A stretch of 64,000 nt of DNA from Alphaproteobacteria bacterium (GCA_965225945.1 CBDDBZ010000036.1:352001-416000); one strand, 5' to 3'. Shown: positions 35,589 to 48,694, numbered from the stretch's first letter. Numbers and translations are program-made. Notes: a model not told the origin generated them from the sequence alone.

Positions 35589-37577
35589 TCACTCGGTTCG
35601 GCTGACACCAGCTCTCTTAAGGCCCCTGCGAAGGCGCGTATCATCCTCTGATGTCTTGTACATACCCCACAAGTAAATGTACGAGAGCTGACGGATATCG
35701 ATGGGAGAAATGCGCTTCAAGTGCTCTGCAGCAGCTATTTTCTGTTGCTCACGTTCCAGTAGCGCGTAAGTCGGCGGCAGTAGAAATGATGCGAAAAGGT
35801 CCTGCGGATTGCGTTCTAGTGCCTGTTCGAGTAGATTTGCGGACTTTTCAAATTCGTCCATACCGAAGTGGGCGAAGGTACCTTCAAACTGATAATCAGA
35901 TGGATAATTCGGGTTGAGGCGCATCGCCGCTTCGACGAAAGCGAGCGCTTCCGAGGGCCTCCCCGACATCGTCAAAACGTGGGCCATTGCGATATGACCT
36001 TCCGGGTCATTTGGATCGAGTGCGATGGCCTTTTGCGCCTCGCTGAGGGCTTGGTCGAAATCTTGCTTGGCAGGCACCTGCCTTTGACGACCCGCCCATT
36101 GATCCAGATAGGTGAGCGACGCCACGCGATGCGCAAGTGGCGTCGGATATTTGAGTGCTTGCTCGAGGTGCTCCTTAGCGCGCGTTCGTGTTTCCCCCCA
36201 AAAGAGGCCGAACTTTTCGTACCAGAACCTTTGCGATCCACCCTCCCAGTAGATGGAGGCCAATGCCGCATGGGCCATCCCATAGATCGGGTCCAGCGCT
36301 ATCGCTTGCTCGAAGTGGGGAATGGCCTTGGCAAAGCCTTCCGGCGTGCGCTTGACGTAATGGTCCCAGCCCTTGAGAAAACTGTCATAGGCCGCTGGAT
36401 TGTCCGTGCCCCGCGCGGCGAGCCGTTGTTCTTCATCGGCGGTAAAATGCAGCGCGAGGGCCTCGACGATTTTACCGGTTATCCGGTCCTGCAACGCAAA
36501 CACGTCGTCGAGCGTGCCGTCGTAGCGTTCGGCCCAGAGATGTCCGCCGGTTGCCGCGTCGATAAGCTGAGCATTGATGCGGACCTGGTCGCCCGCCCGC
36601 CTGACGCTTCCCTCCAGCACGTACTTGACTCCGAGATCGCGGGCCACCTGCTTTACGTCCACCTGTCGACCCTTGTGGACAAAGCTAGAATTGCGCGCGA
36701 TCACGAAGAGCCCGGAGAGCTTCGAGAGGTCGGTGATCACGTCCTCGGCCATGCCGTCGGCGAAATACTCTTGGGCCTTGTCCTCCGACAGGTTCTGGAA
36801 CGGTAGCACCGCGATCGAGGGTTTGTCGGGCAGGGGTAACGCCGCCTTATCGGACGTGGTCGCCGCGCTAGCCGTTTCCGGCTTGCCTCCGACGGCCACG
36901 GAGGGTGGAGGCAGGTCGAGCCGATTCAGCCAAGGCTGCCACCACCAGAGGCCACCAGCCAGAACAGCGAGGACCACAACGGCGGTTGCGGCCCAAGCCT
37001 GCCAAGGTTTCGGGCGCGGTGGCGCCGCCACCGTTTCACTCGCCGCGCCGTCGAGCAAAACGCGATAGACCCGCACCGGGTGGGCAATGTTCTTCAGCCT
37101 CTGTTCGCCTTGGTCTTGGAAGCCTATGTCCAACCTGTCCCGCACGTCTTCCCAGACGCGCGCCGAGATACAGATGCCCCCCGATTCCGCCAGCCCTTCG
37201 AGCCGGGCGGCGACGTTGACGCCGTCGCCCAGCAAATCTCCATCTTGCTCGATGACGTCGCCGAGGTTGATACCGACGCGGAATTCGATACGCCGATCCT
37301 CGGCTATCCAGCGGTTGCGCGAGGCCATGGCGCTCTGGATGTCTATCGCGCAACGCAAGGCGTCGACCACGCTCGGAAACTCGATCAGCAGGCTGTCGCC
37401 CGCGGTGTTGGCGATCCGCCCCCGGTACTCGGCGATCGTTGGGTCGATCAGCTCCGTCCGATGAGCGCGCAACGCGGCAAGCGTTCCTTCCTCGTCGCTC
37501 GCGGTCAGCTGACTGTATCCCGCGACATCGGCGGCGACGATCGTCGTCAGCCTGCGGATGGGCTCCCCGCCCGCCAT
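35589..37577 (-). CDS. class III cyclase with one TM helix, TolB-like and TPR domains
   Basis: AADVAGYS, NTAGDS, GDGVNVAARL; TM AWAATAVVVLAVLAGGLWWW; PSIAVLPF; TPRs. Confidence 0.9.
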   Translation of the reverse strand: MAGGEPIRRLTTIVAADVAGYSQLTASDEEGTLAALRAHRTELIDPTIAEYRGRIANTAGDSLLIEFPSVVDALRCAIDIQSAMASRNRWIAEDRRIEFRVGINLGDVIEQDGDLLGDGVNVAARLEGLAESGGICISARVWEDVRDRLDIGFQDQGEQRLKNIAHPVRVYRVLLDGAASETVAAPPRPKPWQAWAATAVVVLAVLAGGLWWWQPWLNRLDLPPPSVAVGGKPETASAATTSDKAALPLPDKPSIAVLPFQNLSEDKAQEYFADGMAEDVITDLSKLSGLFVIARNSSFVHKGRQVDVKQVARDLGVKYVLEGSVRRAGDQVRINAQLIDAATGGHLWAERYDGTLDDVFALQDRITGKIVEALALHFTADEEQRLAARGTDNPAAYDSFLKGWDHYVKRTPEGFAKAIPHFEQAIALDPIYGMAHAALASIYWEGGSQRFWYEKFGLFWGETRTRAKEHLEQALKYPTPLAHRVASLTYLDQWAGRQRQVPAKQDFDQALSEAQKAIALDPNDPEGHIAMAHVLTMSGRPSEALAFVEAAMRLNPNYPSDYQFEGTFAHFGMDEFEKSANLLEQALERNPQDLFASFLLPPTYALLEREQQKIAAAEHLKRISPIDIRQLSYIYLWGMYKTSEDDTRLRRGLKRAGVSRTE

Positions 37578-37648
37578 GCGCACTCCCCCAAACGCGAAAA
37601 GAGACAAGATCTTAGCGCAGTCGAGACGGTTGCTCTACCAGTCATTGG

Positions 37649-37703
37649 AATGTCGCCTTCGGGCCACGAAGGTCCCGTTGGCTCCGTCCAATGTCACGCC
37701 CGG
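37649..37703 (+). repeat. repeat B'
   Basis: Direct repeat of 35200-35254. Confidence 0.85.
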
Positions 37704-37859
37704 CCTCGAGGCTCGATCGGACGTCGCCGGGCAACAACGGTCATTGCGCCAGCCCTGCCCGCCCGCGCCGTTTGGCCGCCGTCGCGGCGCGATTTATACT
37801 GCGGGCGACTCGACGCGCCCGGATTTCGAGCGGGATCGCGCAAGGACGAGAGGCCGGCC

Positions 37860-40244
37860 ATGGCGACGACGAGCGGTGCCAGCGCGCGGGCGCAAGCGGC
37901 GGCGGACGATCTCGCCTGCCTGCTGGCGCTGGAGCGCAAGGTGCTCTGGCTCTCGAGCTGGATCATTCACCACGCCAACCACGTCCGCCCGAGCCGCGAC
38001 GGCCTGAAGGTCGGCGGCCATCAGGCCTCCTCGGCCAGCCTCTCGACGCTGATGACCGCGCTCTACTTCCACATCCTGAAGCCGGAGGACCGGGTGGCGG
38101 TCAAGCCGCACGCGAGCCCGACCTTCCACGCCATCCAATACCTGCTCGGGCGCCAAACCCGGGAGAAGCTGGAGAACTTCCGCGCGCTGGGGGGCGCGCA
38201 GGCCTACCCGTCGCGGACCAAGGATACCGACGAGGTCGATTTCTCCACCGGCTCCGTCGGCCTGGGCGTGGCGATGACCGCCTTCGCCTCCCTGGTGCAG
38301 GACTACGTTTCAATGAAGGGCTTGATGGGCGAGCGGCCGCAGATCGGGCGCATGGTCGCCCTCATGGGCGACGCCGAACTCGACGAAGGCAATATCTTCG
38401 AGGCCTTGCTGGAAGGCTGGAAGCACGACATCCGCAATACCTGGTGGATCGTCGACTATAACCGCCAGAGCCTCGATTCGGTGATCACCGACCGCCTCTT
38501 CGCCCGGGTCGACGACATCTTCCGCACCACTGGCTGGCGCGTCGTGACGCTGAAATACGGCAAGCGCCTGGAGCGTGCTTTTACCGGCGAGGACGGCGAG
38601 CAACTCAGGCAATGGATCGACGATTGCCCCAATTCGCTCTATTCGGCCCTCACCTACAAGGGAGGCGAGGGTTGGCGGGAGCATCTGGGCCGCGACCAGG
38701 GCGACGTGCCCGGCATCCGCCGCCTGCTGGAGGCGCACGACGACGAGGGCTTGCACGCTCTCATGACCAACCTCGCCGGGCAGGACATGGAGAGCGTGCT
38801 GGAGACCCTCACCGCCATCGAGGGCGACGAGCCGACCTGTTTCATCGCCTACACCATCAAGGGCCACGGCCTTCCCTTCGCCGGCCACAAGGACAATCAC
38901 GCGGGCCTGATGAACCCCGATCAGATGGACGCTTTCCGGGCCGAGATGGGGGTTCCCGAGGGCCGGGAATGGGACAATTTCGTCGGCCTCGACGTCGCCG
39001 CCGACGAACTGAGGGCCTTCATCGAGCGCGCGCCCTTCAACACCGAGCGTTCGCGGGTCCGCACGGCACCCCTGATCGCGCTGCCGGCTCGGCTGCCGAT
39101 GCCGCGCGCGGCGAAGCTCTCGACCCAGGAAGCCTTCGGGCGAATCCTTTACGATATCGCCGGTGGGGACGACGAGCTGGCGCGCCGCCTGGTCACCACC
39201 TCGCCGGACGTCACGGTCTCGACCGGTCTCGGCGGCTGGGTCAATCGCCGCGGCATCTTCGACCGCCAGCGCCGCGAGGACGTTTTTCGCCAGGAGAAGG
39301 TGGTCTCGGCCCAGCGCTGGCACATGGGCCAGGAAGGCCAGCATATCGAGCTCGGCATCGCCGAGAACAACCTCTTCTTGATGCTGGCCGCGCTCGGGCT
39401 CTCGAGCGAGCTCTTCGGCGTCCGCCTGCTGCCGATCGGCACGCTGTACGATCCCTTCATCAAGCGCGGACTCGACGCGTTGAATTACGCGAGCTACCAG
39501 GACGCCCGCTTCATGGTGGTGGCGACGCCCTCCGGCGTGACGCTCGCGCCCGAGGGCGGCGCCCACCAATCGATCGTGGAGCCGCTGATCGGCATGGGAC
39601 AGGACAAGCTCGCCGCTTACGAGCCCGCCTTCGCCGACGAGCTGGCGCGGATCATGCGCTGGGGCTTCGAGCATATGCAGGCGGACGAGGGCGGCTCGCT
39701 CTATCTCCGCCTCTCGACCCGCACGCTCGCGCAGCCGAAACGCGAGATGACGCCGGAGTTGGAGCGCCAAATCCTCGAGGGAGCTTATTGGCAGGTGCCG
39801 CCGGCGCCGGGCGCGGAGTTGGCGATCGTTTACATGGGCGCGCTCGCGGCGGAGGCGGAGGCGGCGCACCAGGCGATTGTGGAGGATATTCCGGGCGCCG
39901 GCCTGCTGGCGGTGACCAGCGCCGACATCGCCTACCGGGAATGGAACCAGGCGTGGCGTCGCCGGGCCCGTGGCGACCGCGGGGCGCGGAGCCATATCGG
40001 CCGGCTGTTGGATCCGCTCGCCCCGGACGCGGCGTTGATCACCGTGCTGGATGGCCATCCCTCGACATTGTCCTGGCTCGGCTCGGCCTCCCGGCGCCGG
40101 GTCTTCAGCCTCGGGGTCGAGAGTTTCGGCCAGTCGGGCGACATCCCGGATCTCTACCGCGTGAACGGCATCGACGAGGCGGCGATCGTGGATGCCTGCG
40201 CCGCCGCCTGCCTCGACCGCGAGGGCCGCGATGTCCTCGCCTGA
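37860..40244 (+). CDS. transketolase-like 2-oxoacid dehydrogenase E1 (AceE/MdeB type)
   Basis: VGGHQASSAS, STGSVGLG, GDAELDEG ThDP motif, ELGIAENN, EGGAHQS. Confidence 0.88.
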   Translation: MATTSGASARAQAAADDLACLLALERKVLWLSSWIIHHANHVRPSRDGLKVGGHQASSASLSTLMTALYFHILKPEDRVAVKPHASPTFHAIQYLLGRQTREKLENFRALGGAQAYPSRTKDTDEVDFSTGSVGLGVAMTAFASLVQDYVSMKGLMGERPQIGRMVALMGDAELDEGNIFEALLEGWKHDIRNTWWIVDYNRQSLDSVITDRLFARVDDIFRTTGWRVVTLKYGKRLERAFTGEDGEQLRQWIDDCPNSLYSALTYKGGEGWREHLGRDQGDVPGIRRLLEAHDDEGLHALMTNLAGQDMESVLETLTAIEGDEPTCFIAYTIKGHGLPFAGHKDNHAGLMNPDQMDAFRAEMGVPEGREWDNFVGLDVAADELRAFIERAPFNTERSRVRTAPLIALPARLPMPRAAKLSTQEAFGRILYDIAGGDDELARRLVTTSPDVTVSTGLGGWVNRRGIFDRQRREDVFRQEKVVSAQRWHMGQEGQHIELGIAENNLFLMLAALGLSSELFGVRLLPIGTLYDPFIKRGLDALNYASYQDARFMVVATPSGVTLAPEGGAHQSIVEPLIGMGQDKLAAYEPAFADELARIMRWGFEHMQADEGGSLYLRLSTRTLAQPKREMTPELERQILEGAYWQVPPAPGAELAIVYMGALAAEAEAAHQAIVEDIPGAGLLAVTSADIAYREWNQAWRRRARGDRGARSHIGRLLDPLAPDAALITVLDGHPSTLSWLGSASRRRVFSLGVESFGQSGDIPDLYRVNGIDEAAIVDACAAACLDREGRDVLA

Positions 40245-40860
40245 GGCGGCCGGCGAGCGGGTCGATACCGTCGTTTTCGACCTGGGCGGCGTCCTGATCG
40301 ATTGGGATCCCCGCTACCTCTACACCGAGCTGATCGACGATGCGGCGGAGATGGAGCGCTTTCTCGCCACCGTGACGAGCCAGGATTGGAACCAGAAACA
40401 CGACGAGGGCCGAAGCTTCGCCGAGGGAATCGCCGAGCTGAGCGAGGCCCATCCCGACAAGCGCGAGCTGATCCGCGCCTACTTCGAGCGTTGGCCCGAG
40501 ATGATCCGGGGCCAGATCGACGCCACTGTCGCCATCCTGCGCCGCCTGAAGGCGCGGCGCGTGCCGCTCTACGTGCTGTCCAACTGGTCGGCCGAGACCT
40601 GGGTCCATGCGGAACGGCGCTTCGAGTGGCTCGATTGCTTCGACGCCCTGGTGGTGTCCGGCTTCGAGGGCACGCGCAAGCCGAGGCCGGAGTTCTTCCA
40701 TCTGCTGCTGGAGCGCCACGGCCTCAGGCCCGGGCAGGCGATCTTCATCGACGACGTGGCGGCCAACGTCGAGGCGGCCAGGCGGGTCGGGCTGGCGGCT
40801 CATCGCTTCGAGGGCGGCGACGGCCTGGAGGCGGTGCTGCGCGGCCATGGGCTTCTTTAA
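40231..40860 (+). CDS. HAD-family phosphatase
   Basis: FDLGGVLID, LSN, KP, FIDD motifs. Confidence 0.9.
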   Translation: MSSPEAAGERVDTVVFDLGGVLIDWDPRYLYTELIDDAAEMERFLATVTSQDWNQKHDEGRSFAEGIAELSEAHPDKRELIRAYFERWPEMIRGQIDATVAILRRLKARRVPLYVLSNWSAETWVHAERRFEWLDCFDALVVSGFEGTRKPRPEFFHLLLERHGLRPGQAIFIDDVAANVEAARRVGLAAHRFEGGDGLEAVLRGHGLL

Positions 40861-40929
40861 CGCCCTGGTGTAAAAGGCGCTGCGGTGCGCCCGAGACCCG
40901 AGCGTCACGCGTCGTCGGGGTCGATCGAG

Positions 40930-41487
40930 ATGGAGACATACACGGTAACGCGACGGCTCGAGATCGACGCCGGTCACCGGGTGATGACTCACGGCTCGAA
41001 ATGCCGCCATCTGCACGGCCACCGCTACGTCGTGGAGGCAGTTTGCCGGGCGCTGGGTGGCGGCTTGCACCGAAGCGGTGAGCAGACCGACATGCTGGTC
41101 GACTTCGGCTTCCTGGCGGCGGAATTGGCGCGCCATGTCGAGGCGCCCTGCGATCACGGCTTCATCGCCTCGAGTTCGGACGCTGAGCTGCTCGCCATGT
41201 TCGCGCCCGACGGCGGAGATGGCGAGGCTTGGCGGGCGCGGGTCGAGCGGGAGGTCGAGCGCGTCGGCTACTTTTCGACGACGGAAACGCGGCTGGCCAC
41301 CAAGCTCTACTTCATCGCCGCGCAACCGACGGCGGAGCGGCTGGCGGCGCATTGGTTCGAGCGGCTCGCCGAACCCGTCGAGGCGCGGAGCCTGGGCCTC
41401 GCCCGGCTGGTCCGGGTTCGGGTCTGGGAGACACCGAATTCGCTTGCCGAATACGGCGGCGAGGGCGAGCGGGAAGAGGGCAGGTGA
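40930..41487 (+). CDS. queD: 6-carboxytetrahydropterin synthase (QueD-like, long form)
   Basis: DAGHR, CRHLHGHRY, DFG, DH, PTAE, WETP; GTGA overlap with queE. Confidence 0.8.
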   Translation: METYTVTRRLEIDAGHRVMTHGSKCRHLHGHRYVVEAVCRALGGGLHRSGEQTDMLVDFGFLAAELARHVEAPCDHGFIASSSDAELLAMFAPDGGDGEAWRARVEREVERVGYFSTTETRLATKLYFIAAQPTAERLAAHWFERLAEPVEARSLGLARLVRVRVWETPNSLAEYGGEGEREEGR

Positions 41488-42197
41488 TTCGGATCGCGGA
41501 GATCTTCGGGCCGACGGTCCAGGGCGAGGGGCCGCTGATCGGCAAGCCCACCGTCTTCGTTCGCACCGCCGGCTGCGACTATCGGTGCCACTGGTGCGAC
41601 ACGCTTTATGCCGTGCTGCCGGAGTTCGCGCCGAGTTGGCGCTCGATGACGGCGCAAGCGGTCCTCGACGAGATCCTCGCGCTCAGCGGTGGGGCGGCGA
41701 TCGTCGTCAGCCTCTCCGGCGGCAATCCGGCGCTGCAAGAGCTCGACGAACTGATCGGCCTCGGCCATGCGCGCGGCCTGAGCTTCGCGCTGGAGACCCA
41801 GGGCTCGCTGCCCAAGGACTGGTTCGGGATGCTCGACTGGCTGTTCGTGAGCCCGAAGCCGCCATCCTCCGGCGAGACGCCCGACTGGCGGCGCTTGGCG
41901 CAGTGCCTGGAGGCGGCGGGAGACGCCGCCGTCTCGCTCAAGGTGGCGGTGTTCGACGAGGCCGACTACGCCTTCGCCAAGCGGATCGGCGAGACCTACC
42001 CCGATCTCCCGCTCTATCTTCAGGTCGGCAACCCCGCCTTTCCCGAGGTGCCGGGGCGCGACATTGACGACCTCCCCGCCGTGTTGATGGCGCGCTATCG
42101 CTGGCTGGTCGAGAGGATTGTCGCCGATCGCTGGTTTCGCCCGACCCTGTTGCCGCAACTCCACGTGCTCGCCTGGGGCAACGAAAGAGGCCGTTGA
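41484..42197 (+). CDS. queE: 7-carboxy-7-deazaguanine synthase (radical SAM)
   Basis: EIFGPTVQGEG, CDYRCHWCD, SGGNP, ETQGS, SPKPPSSG, LPQLH. Confidence 0.93.
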   Translation: MIRIAEIFGPTVQGEGPLIGKPTVFVRTAGCDYRCHWCDTLYAVLPEFAPSWRSMTAQAVLDEILALSGGAAIVVSLSGGNPALQELDELIGLGHARGLSFALETQGSLPKDWFGMLDWLFVSPKPPSSGETPDWRRLAQCLEAAGDAAVSLKVAVFDEADYAFAKRIGETYPDLPLYLQVGNPAFPEVPGRDIDDLPAVLMARYRWLVERIVADRWFRPTLLPQLHVLAWGNERGR

Positions 42198-42312
42198 GCG
42201 CTCTCCGAGGGCCCAGAATCGCGGCGGCGTGGAAGGCGCTGGTCTTCGAAAATCCAGGTGTGCTATTAGAGTGCCGCCCCGCGCGGTCCGGCGTCCGTTG
42301 AGCGGGGAAGCG

Positions 42313-42397
42313 GCGGGCGTGGCGGAACTGGTAGACGCGTCAGGTTTAGGTCCTGGTGGCTTTTGCCGTGGGGGTTCGAGTCCCTCCGCCCGCACCA
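42313..42397 (+). tRNA. tRNA-Leu(TAG)
   Basis: Cloverleaf with TT-TAG-GT loop, long variable arm, GGTTCGAGTCC, CCA; usual position before tig. Confidence 0.96.
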
Positions 42398-42505
42398 TCG
42401 CCCGGTTTGGGCGAGCGAGTCGGGCGGCGTCACCGGGACGACGGCCCCCGGTTCCTTCGTCGAAGCTGTCTTCGGCGATCGAAACCAAGAGTTCGGGTGT
42501 GCGCG

Positions 42506-43879
42506 ATGCAGGTGACCGAAACCCAGTCCGAGGGACTGAAACACGCCTTTCAGGTGGTCGTTCCGGCGGCGACGCTGGAAGTCAAGATCACCTCCAAGCT
42601 GACGGAACTCTCCAAAAGCGTCGCGGTGCCGGGGTTCCGCCCGGGCAAGGCACCCGTGGGGCTGCTGCGCAAGACCCACGGCAAGCGGATCATGGGCGAG
42701 GTCGTGGAGGAAACGGTCAACGAAACCACCTCCAAGACCTTGGAGGAAAATGAGATCCGGCCCGCAATTCAGCCCCGGATCGAGATCACGAAATTCGAGG
42801 ACGGCGGCGATCTCGAGTTCACTATGGAAATCGAGGCGATGCCCGTGATCGAGCCCGGAGACTTCGGCGCGATCGAGCTGGAACGCCTGCAGGTCGCGGT
42901 GAGCGATGAAGAGGTCGACGAACGCATCCAGGCCATCGCCGATGGTCTCAAGTCCTTCGTCGACGCGGCGGAGGGCGAGGCGGCGGGCGAGGGCGATGCC
43001 GTGGTGATCGACTTCGCCGGTCGTGTCGACGACCAGGAATTCGAGGGCGGCTCGGCCGAGGATTTCCAGCTCGAGCTCGGCGCCGGCCGTTTCCTTCCCG
43101 GTTTCGAGGAACAACTCGTCGGTGCCAAGGTGGGCGAGAGCAAGAAAATCGAGGTCGAATTTCCGGAGTCCCATTCCGAAGCGAGCCTCGCCGGCAAGTC
43201 GGCCACCTTCGAATGCACGATCAAGGCCGTTAAGGTGGCGCTCCCGGTGGCGATCGACGATGCGTTCGCGGAGCAGTTGGGCATCGAGAACCTCGAGCAA
43301 CTCAAGAGCAACGTCCGGCGCGAGATCGAAGGCGAGTTTGCCCAGCATTCACGCGCCCGGCTAAAGCGCAGCCTGCTGGATCATCTCGCCGACAGCCACG
43401 CCTTCGAGGTGCCGCCGGGCATGGTCGAGATGGAGTTCGACTCGATCTGGCAACAGCTCGAACGCGAACTCGAGAACCAGAAGAAGACCTTGGCGGACTT
43501 GGACGAGCCGGAGGCGGAGGTTCGCGCGGAATATGCCAAGATCGCCGAACGCCGGGTGCGACTCGGCCTCCTGCTCTCGGAGATCGGTGGCGCGAACGGG
43601 ATCGAGGTCTCCCAGGAGGAAGTCAACCGCGCGGTGCTGCAGCAGGCCCGCGCCATGCGGGGCCAGGAAAGCCAAGTCTTCCAATTTTTCCAGAACAATC
43701 CCGAGGCTCGGGCCAGCCTCGGGGCGCCGATCCTCGAAGACAAGGTCTGCGACTATATTCTGGAATTGGCGCGGATAACGGATCGTGCCGTGAGCAAGGA
43801 AGAACTGCTGGCCGACCCGGACGCCGGCGAAACGGAAGCGGCCGACGGCGGCGAGGGTGCCGGGGAGGAGACGGCCTAG
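42506..43879 (+). CDS. tig: trigger factor
   Basis: GFRPGKAP motif, FKBP domain ([13 protein letters not shown]). Confidence 0.97.
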   Translation: MQVTETQSEGLKHAFQVVVPAATLEVKITSKLTELSKSVAVPGFRPGKAPVGLLRKTHGKRIMGEVVEETVNETTSKTLEENEIRPAIQPRIEITKFEDGGDLEFTMEIEAMPVIEPGDFGAIELERLQVAVSDEEVDERIQAIADGLKSFVDAAEGEAAGEGDAVVIDFAGRVDDQEFEGGSAEDFQLELGAGRFLPGFEEQLVGAKVGESKKIEVEFPESHSEASLAGKSATFECTIKAVKVALPVAIDDAFAEQLGIENLEQLKSNVRREIEGEFAQHSRARLKRSLLDHLADSHAFEVPPGMVEMEFDSIWQQLERELENQKKTLADLDEPEAEVRAEYAKIAERRVRLGLLLSEIGGANGIEVSQEEVNRAVLQQARAMRGQESQVFQFFQNNPEARASLGAPILEDKVCDYILELARITDRAVSKEELLADPDAGETEAADGGEGAGEETA

Positions 43880-43926
43880 GAGTCGTCGGAGTCGTCGCGA
43901 CAAGGACGAGAAAGGGTGCCACGGCT

Positions 43927-44592
43927 ATGAACGCGCGCGATACACGGATGAATTTGCTGGTGCCCATGGTGGTCGAACAGACCAATCGGGGCGAGCGTGC
44001 CTACGATATTTATTCCAGGCTGCTGAAGGAGCGGATCGTCTTCATCGTCGGCCCGGTCGACGACGCCGTCGCCAGCCTGGTGACCGCCCAGTTCCTGTTT
44101 CTCGAGGCCGAGAATCCGGAGAAGGATATTTCCCTCTATATCAATACGCCGGGCGGCACCGTCACCGCGGGCCTCGGGATCTACGACACGATGCAATACA
44201 TCCGTCCCGACGTGGCGACACTCTGTATCGGCCAGGCGGCCTCCATGGGCTCGTTACTGCTCGCCGCCGGGGCGGCCGGCAAGCGGCACAGCCTGCCGAA
44301 CGCGCGCATCATGGTGCACCAGCCTTCCGGCGGTTTTCAGGGGCAGGCGAGCGACATCGAAATTCACGCCCGCGAGATCCTGGAGCTGCGCCAGCGACTG
44401 AATGAAATCTACGTCCACCACACGGGCCAGGAATTGTCGGCGATCGAGGCCTCGATGGAACGCGACCACTTCATGACCGCCGAGGCCGCCAAGGTGTACG
44501 GAATTGTCGATGAAGTGGTCGAAAAACGCCCCGGCGCGGGCGCCGAGAGCGAGGGCGAAAGTACCAAGGGCGAGGGCGAGAGCGAGGCCTGA
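43927..44592 (+). CDS. clpP: ATP-dependent Clp protease proteolytic subunit
   Basis: [26 protein letters not shown]. Confidence 0.98.
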   Translation: MNARDTRMNLLVPMVVEQTNRGERAYDIYSRLLKERIVFIVGPVDDAVASLVTAQFLFLEAENPEKDISLYINTPGGTVTAGLGIYDTMQYIRPDVATLCIGQAASMGSLLLAAGAAGKRHSLPNARIMVHQPSGGFQGQASDIEIHAREILELRQRLNEIYVHHTGQELSAIEASMERDHFMTAEAAKVYGIVDEVVEKRPGAGAESEGESTKGEGESEA

Positions 44593-44881
44593 GCGAGCCT
44601 GCCCGGTCGCGCTTGATCCAACGTGTTTTACGAAAAATTGACCGGTGGACGTCATACTTCGCCGTGATGTAGGGTGTTTGTCTGAGTCGACCGTCGCGTG
44701 AACACCATGTCATCGCGATCGGTCGGTGGGACCTGCGGCTCGCGCAGTTGGGCACGGTCGGAGGTCGCAAGCGTAGGCGCGGCCTTGTCTCATGCTTCGC
44801 GTCGAGGCGCGTGGTCGCGTTGTAGAGTACTCGCATCGCATCGGGGCAATCGGCCCTCGGCGCGGGACAGTGGGGCAACTC

Positions 44882-46150
<1,269 letters not shown>

Positions 46151-46279
46151 TCGCGGTGGCATCGGCGCCCTTGACCTCTCCGGGGACAGGCGCCACTTCT
46201 TTCTGGGCCGACGCCTCACCGGGCGTCGGCGTTCGGCCCGCACGGGGCGTGTTCATCGTGTCGGAGTGTTGGTTAGGTC

Positions 46280-48694
46280 ATGCTCGAAGCTTCTGAACAT
46301 CCGCTGTATCCGGTTCTGCCGCTGCGCGACATCGTGGTCTTTCCCCACATGATCGTGCCGCTCTTCGTCGGCCGCGAGAAGTCCGTGAACGCGCTCGAAA
46401 GCGTCATGAAGGACGACAAGCAGATCCTTTTGATCACCCAGAAGAACGCGGCGGAGGACGATCCCGGTCCGGCGGACATCTACGAGATCGGGACCGTCGC
46501 CTCGGTGCTGCAACTCCTGAAGCTCCCCGACGGCACGGTCAAGGTGCTGGTCGAAGGTGGCAGGCGCGCGCGCATTCGAGGCTACGCCGAAAATCCGGCC
46601 TACTTCGAGGCGCGGGCCGAACTCCTGGAGGACGACTCGCCCGAGGGCGAGGATCTCGAGGGGCTCACCCGCTCGGTGATCTCGCAGTTCGAACAATACG
46701 TCAAGCTCAACCGCAAAATTCCGCCAGAAGTTCTCGTTTCGGTTAATCAAATCGACGATGCAGGCAAGCTCGCGGACACGGTCGTCTCGCATCTGGCGCT
46801 GAAGATCCCGGACAAGCAGGAACTCCTGGAGATCGAGAACACGCAGGAGCGGCTGGAGCGCGTCTATTCGCTGATGGAATCCGAAATCGGCGTCATGCAG
46901 GTCGAGCGCAAGATTCGCAGCCGGGTCAAGCGCCAGATGGAGAAGACGCAGCGCGAGTACTATCTGAACGAACAGCTCAAGGCGATTCAGAAGGAGCTGG
47001 GCGAGGGCGAGGACGGGCGCGACGAGCTACAGGAGCTGGAGGAGAAGCTCGCCGCCACCAAGCTCACCAAGGAGGCGCGGGAAAAGGCGATCTCGGAGCT
47101 GAAGAAGCTCCGCAACATGAGCCCGATGTCGGCCGAGGCGGCGGTGGTGCGCAACTACCTCGACTGGTTGCTGACGATTCCGTGGAGCGAGCGTTCGCGG
47201 GTCAGGAAGAACATCAGCCAGGCCCACAAGATCCTCGACGAGGATCATTACGGTCTCGACAAGGTGAAGGAGCGTATCCTCGAATATCTCGCGGTGCAGC
47301 AGCGCACCAACAAGATGAAGGGACCGATACTCTGCCTGGTCGGACCTCCGGGCGTCGGCAAGACCTCGCTCGGCAAGTCGATCGCCCGGGCCACGGGACG
47401 CAAGTTCGTGCGCATGTCGCTGGGCGGCGTGCGCGACGAGGCGGAGATCCGCGGCCACCGGCGGACCTATATCGGCTCCATGCCCGGCAAGGTGCTCCAG
47501 GGTATGAAGAAGGCGAAGAAGTCCAACCCCCTCTTCCTGTTGGACGAAGTGGACAAGATGGGCGCCGACTTCCGGGGCGATCCGGCCTCGGCCCTGCTGG
47601 AGGTGCTGGATCCCGAGCAGAACCACACCTTCAACGACCACTATCTCGAGGTCGATTACGACCTGTCGGACGTGATGTTCATCACCACGGCGAACACGCT
47701 GCGAATACCTCAGCCCCTGATGGACCGGATGGAGATCATCCGCCTTCCCGGCTACACCGAGGGCGAGAAGATCGAGATCGCACGACGCCATCTGATCCCC
47801 AAGCAAATCAAGGCGCACGGGCTCCGAAAGCACGAATGGTCGATGTCCCAGGGGGCGCTACAGGATCTCGTTCGCTTCTATACCCGCGAGGCCGGCGTCA
47901 GGAACCTGGAGCGCGAGATCGCCGGCCTGACCCGCAAGGCGGTGCGCGACATCGTACAGAAGAAGTGCAAGAAGGTGGCGATCACCCGGCGCAACCTCGA
48001 GAAATATGCCGGCATCCGCCGCTTCCGCTTCGGCGAGATCGAGGAGGTGGACATGGTGGGCGTGGTCACCGGGCTGGCCTGGACCGAGGTCGGCGGTGAG
48101 CTGCTGACGATCGAGTCCGTGCTCCTGCCGGGCAAGGGCAACATCCGCTATACCGGCAAGCTCGGCGACGTGATGCAGGAATCGATCCAGGCGGCGACTA
48201 GCTTCGTCCGCTCGCGCGCGCGCTCTTTCGGCATCAAGCCCTCGGCCTTCGAGAAGCGTGACATCCACGTCCACGTTCCCGAGGGCGCGACGCCGAAGGA
48301 CGGCCCGTCGGCCGGGGTGGCGATGTGCACCTCCGTCGTGTCGGTCTTGACCAGGATCCCGATCCGCCGCGATATCGCCATGACCGGCGAGATCACGCTC
48401 AGGGGTCGCGTGCTACCGATCGGCGGCCTCAAGGAGAAGCTGTTGGCGGCACTCCGCGGTGGCCTCAAGACGGTGTTGATCCCGATCGACAACGAGAAGG
48501 ATTTGGCGGAAATTCCGGACAACGTGAAGAAGGGAATGGTGATCATTCCGGTCAGCACCGTGGACGACGTGATCGAGCATGCCCTGACCACGCGACCGGT
48601 CCCGATCGAGATCGAGGAAGACGAGGAAGACGAATTCGGCACGATCGCCGAGATCGCCGAGACCGGCGAGACCGAAAACGTCGTAACCCATTGA
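46280..48694 (+). CDS. lon: Lon protease
   Basis: [23 protein letters not shown]. Confidence 0.98.
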   Translation: MLEASEHPLYPVLPLRDIVVFPHMIVPLFVGREKSVNALESVMKDDKQILLITQKNAAEDDPGPADIYEIGTVASVLQLLKLPDGTVKVLVEGGRRARIRGYAENPAYFEARAELLEDDSPEGEDLEGLTRSVISQFEQYVKLNRKIPPEVLVSVNQIDDAGKLADTVVSHLALKIPDKQELLEIENTQERLERVYSLMESEIGVMQVERKIRSRVKRQMEKTQREYYLNEQLKAIQKELGEGEDGRDELQELEEKLAATKLTKEAREKAISELKKLRNMSPMSAEAAVVRNYLDWLLTIPWSERSRVRKNISQAHKILDEDHYGLDKVKERILEYLAVQQRTNKMKGPILCLVGPPGVGKTSLGKSIARATGRKFVRMSLGGVRDEAEIRGHRRTYIGSMPGKVLQGMKKAKKSNPLFLLDEVDKMGADFRGDPASALLEVLDPEQNHTFNDHYLEVDYDLSDVMFITTANTLRIPQPLMDRMEIIRLPGYTEGEKIEIARRHLIPKQIKAHGLRKHEWSMSQGALQDLVRFYTREAGVRNLEREIAGLTRKAVRDIVQKKCKKVAITRRNLEKYAGIRRFRFGEIEEVDMVGVVTGLAWTEVGGELLTIESVLLPGKGNIRYTGKLGDVMQESIQAATSFVRSRARSFGIKPSAFEKRDIHVHVPEGATPKDGPSAGVAMCTSVVSVLTRIPIRRDIAMTGEITLRGRVLPIGGLKEKLLAALRGGLKTVLIPIDNEKDLAEIPDNVKKGMVIIPVSTVDDVIEHALTTRPVPIEIEEDEEDEFGTIAEIAETGETENVVTH

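Noticed and set aside
37080-37859. N-terminal extension of the 1054-aa E1 ORF (similarly for tig, clpX, MFS, hflX)
   Set aside because: Overlaps other genes or RNAs; homology-like motifs start at downstream start codons.
40930-42197. 7-deazaguanine DNA-modification (dpd) island next to a tRNA
   Set aside because: No dpdA/tgt-like gene, integrase or att repeat nearby; host-like composition.
46170-46200. RpoH-like promoter upstream of lon (CTTGAC...)
   Set aside because: The -10 match is too weak to call from sequence alone.
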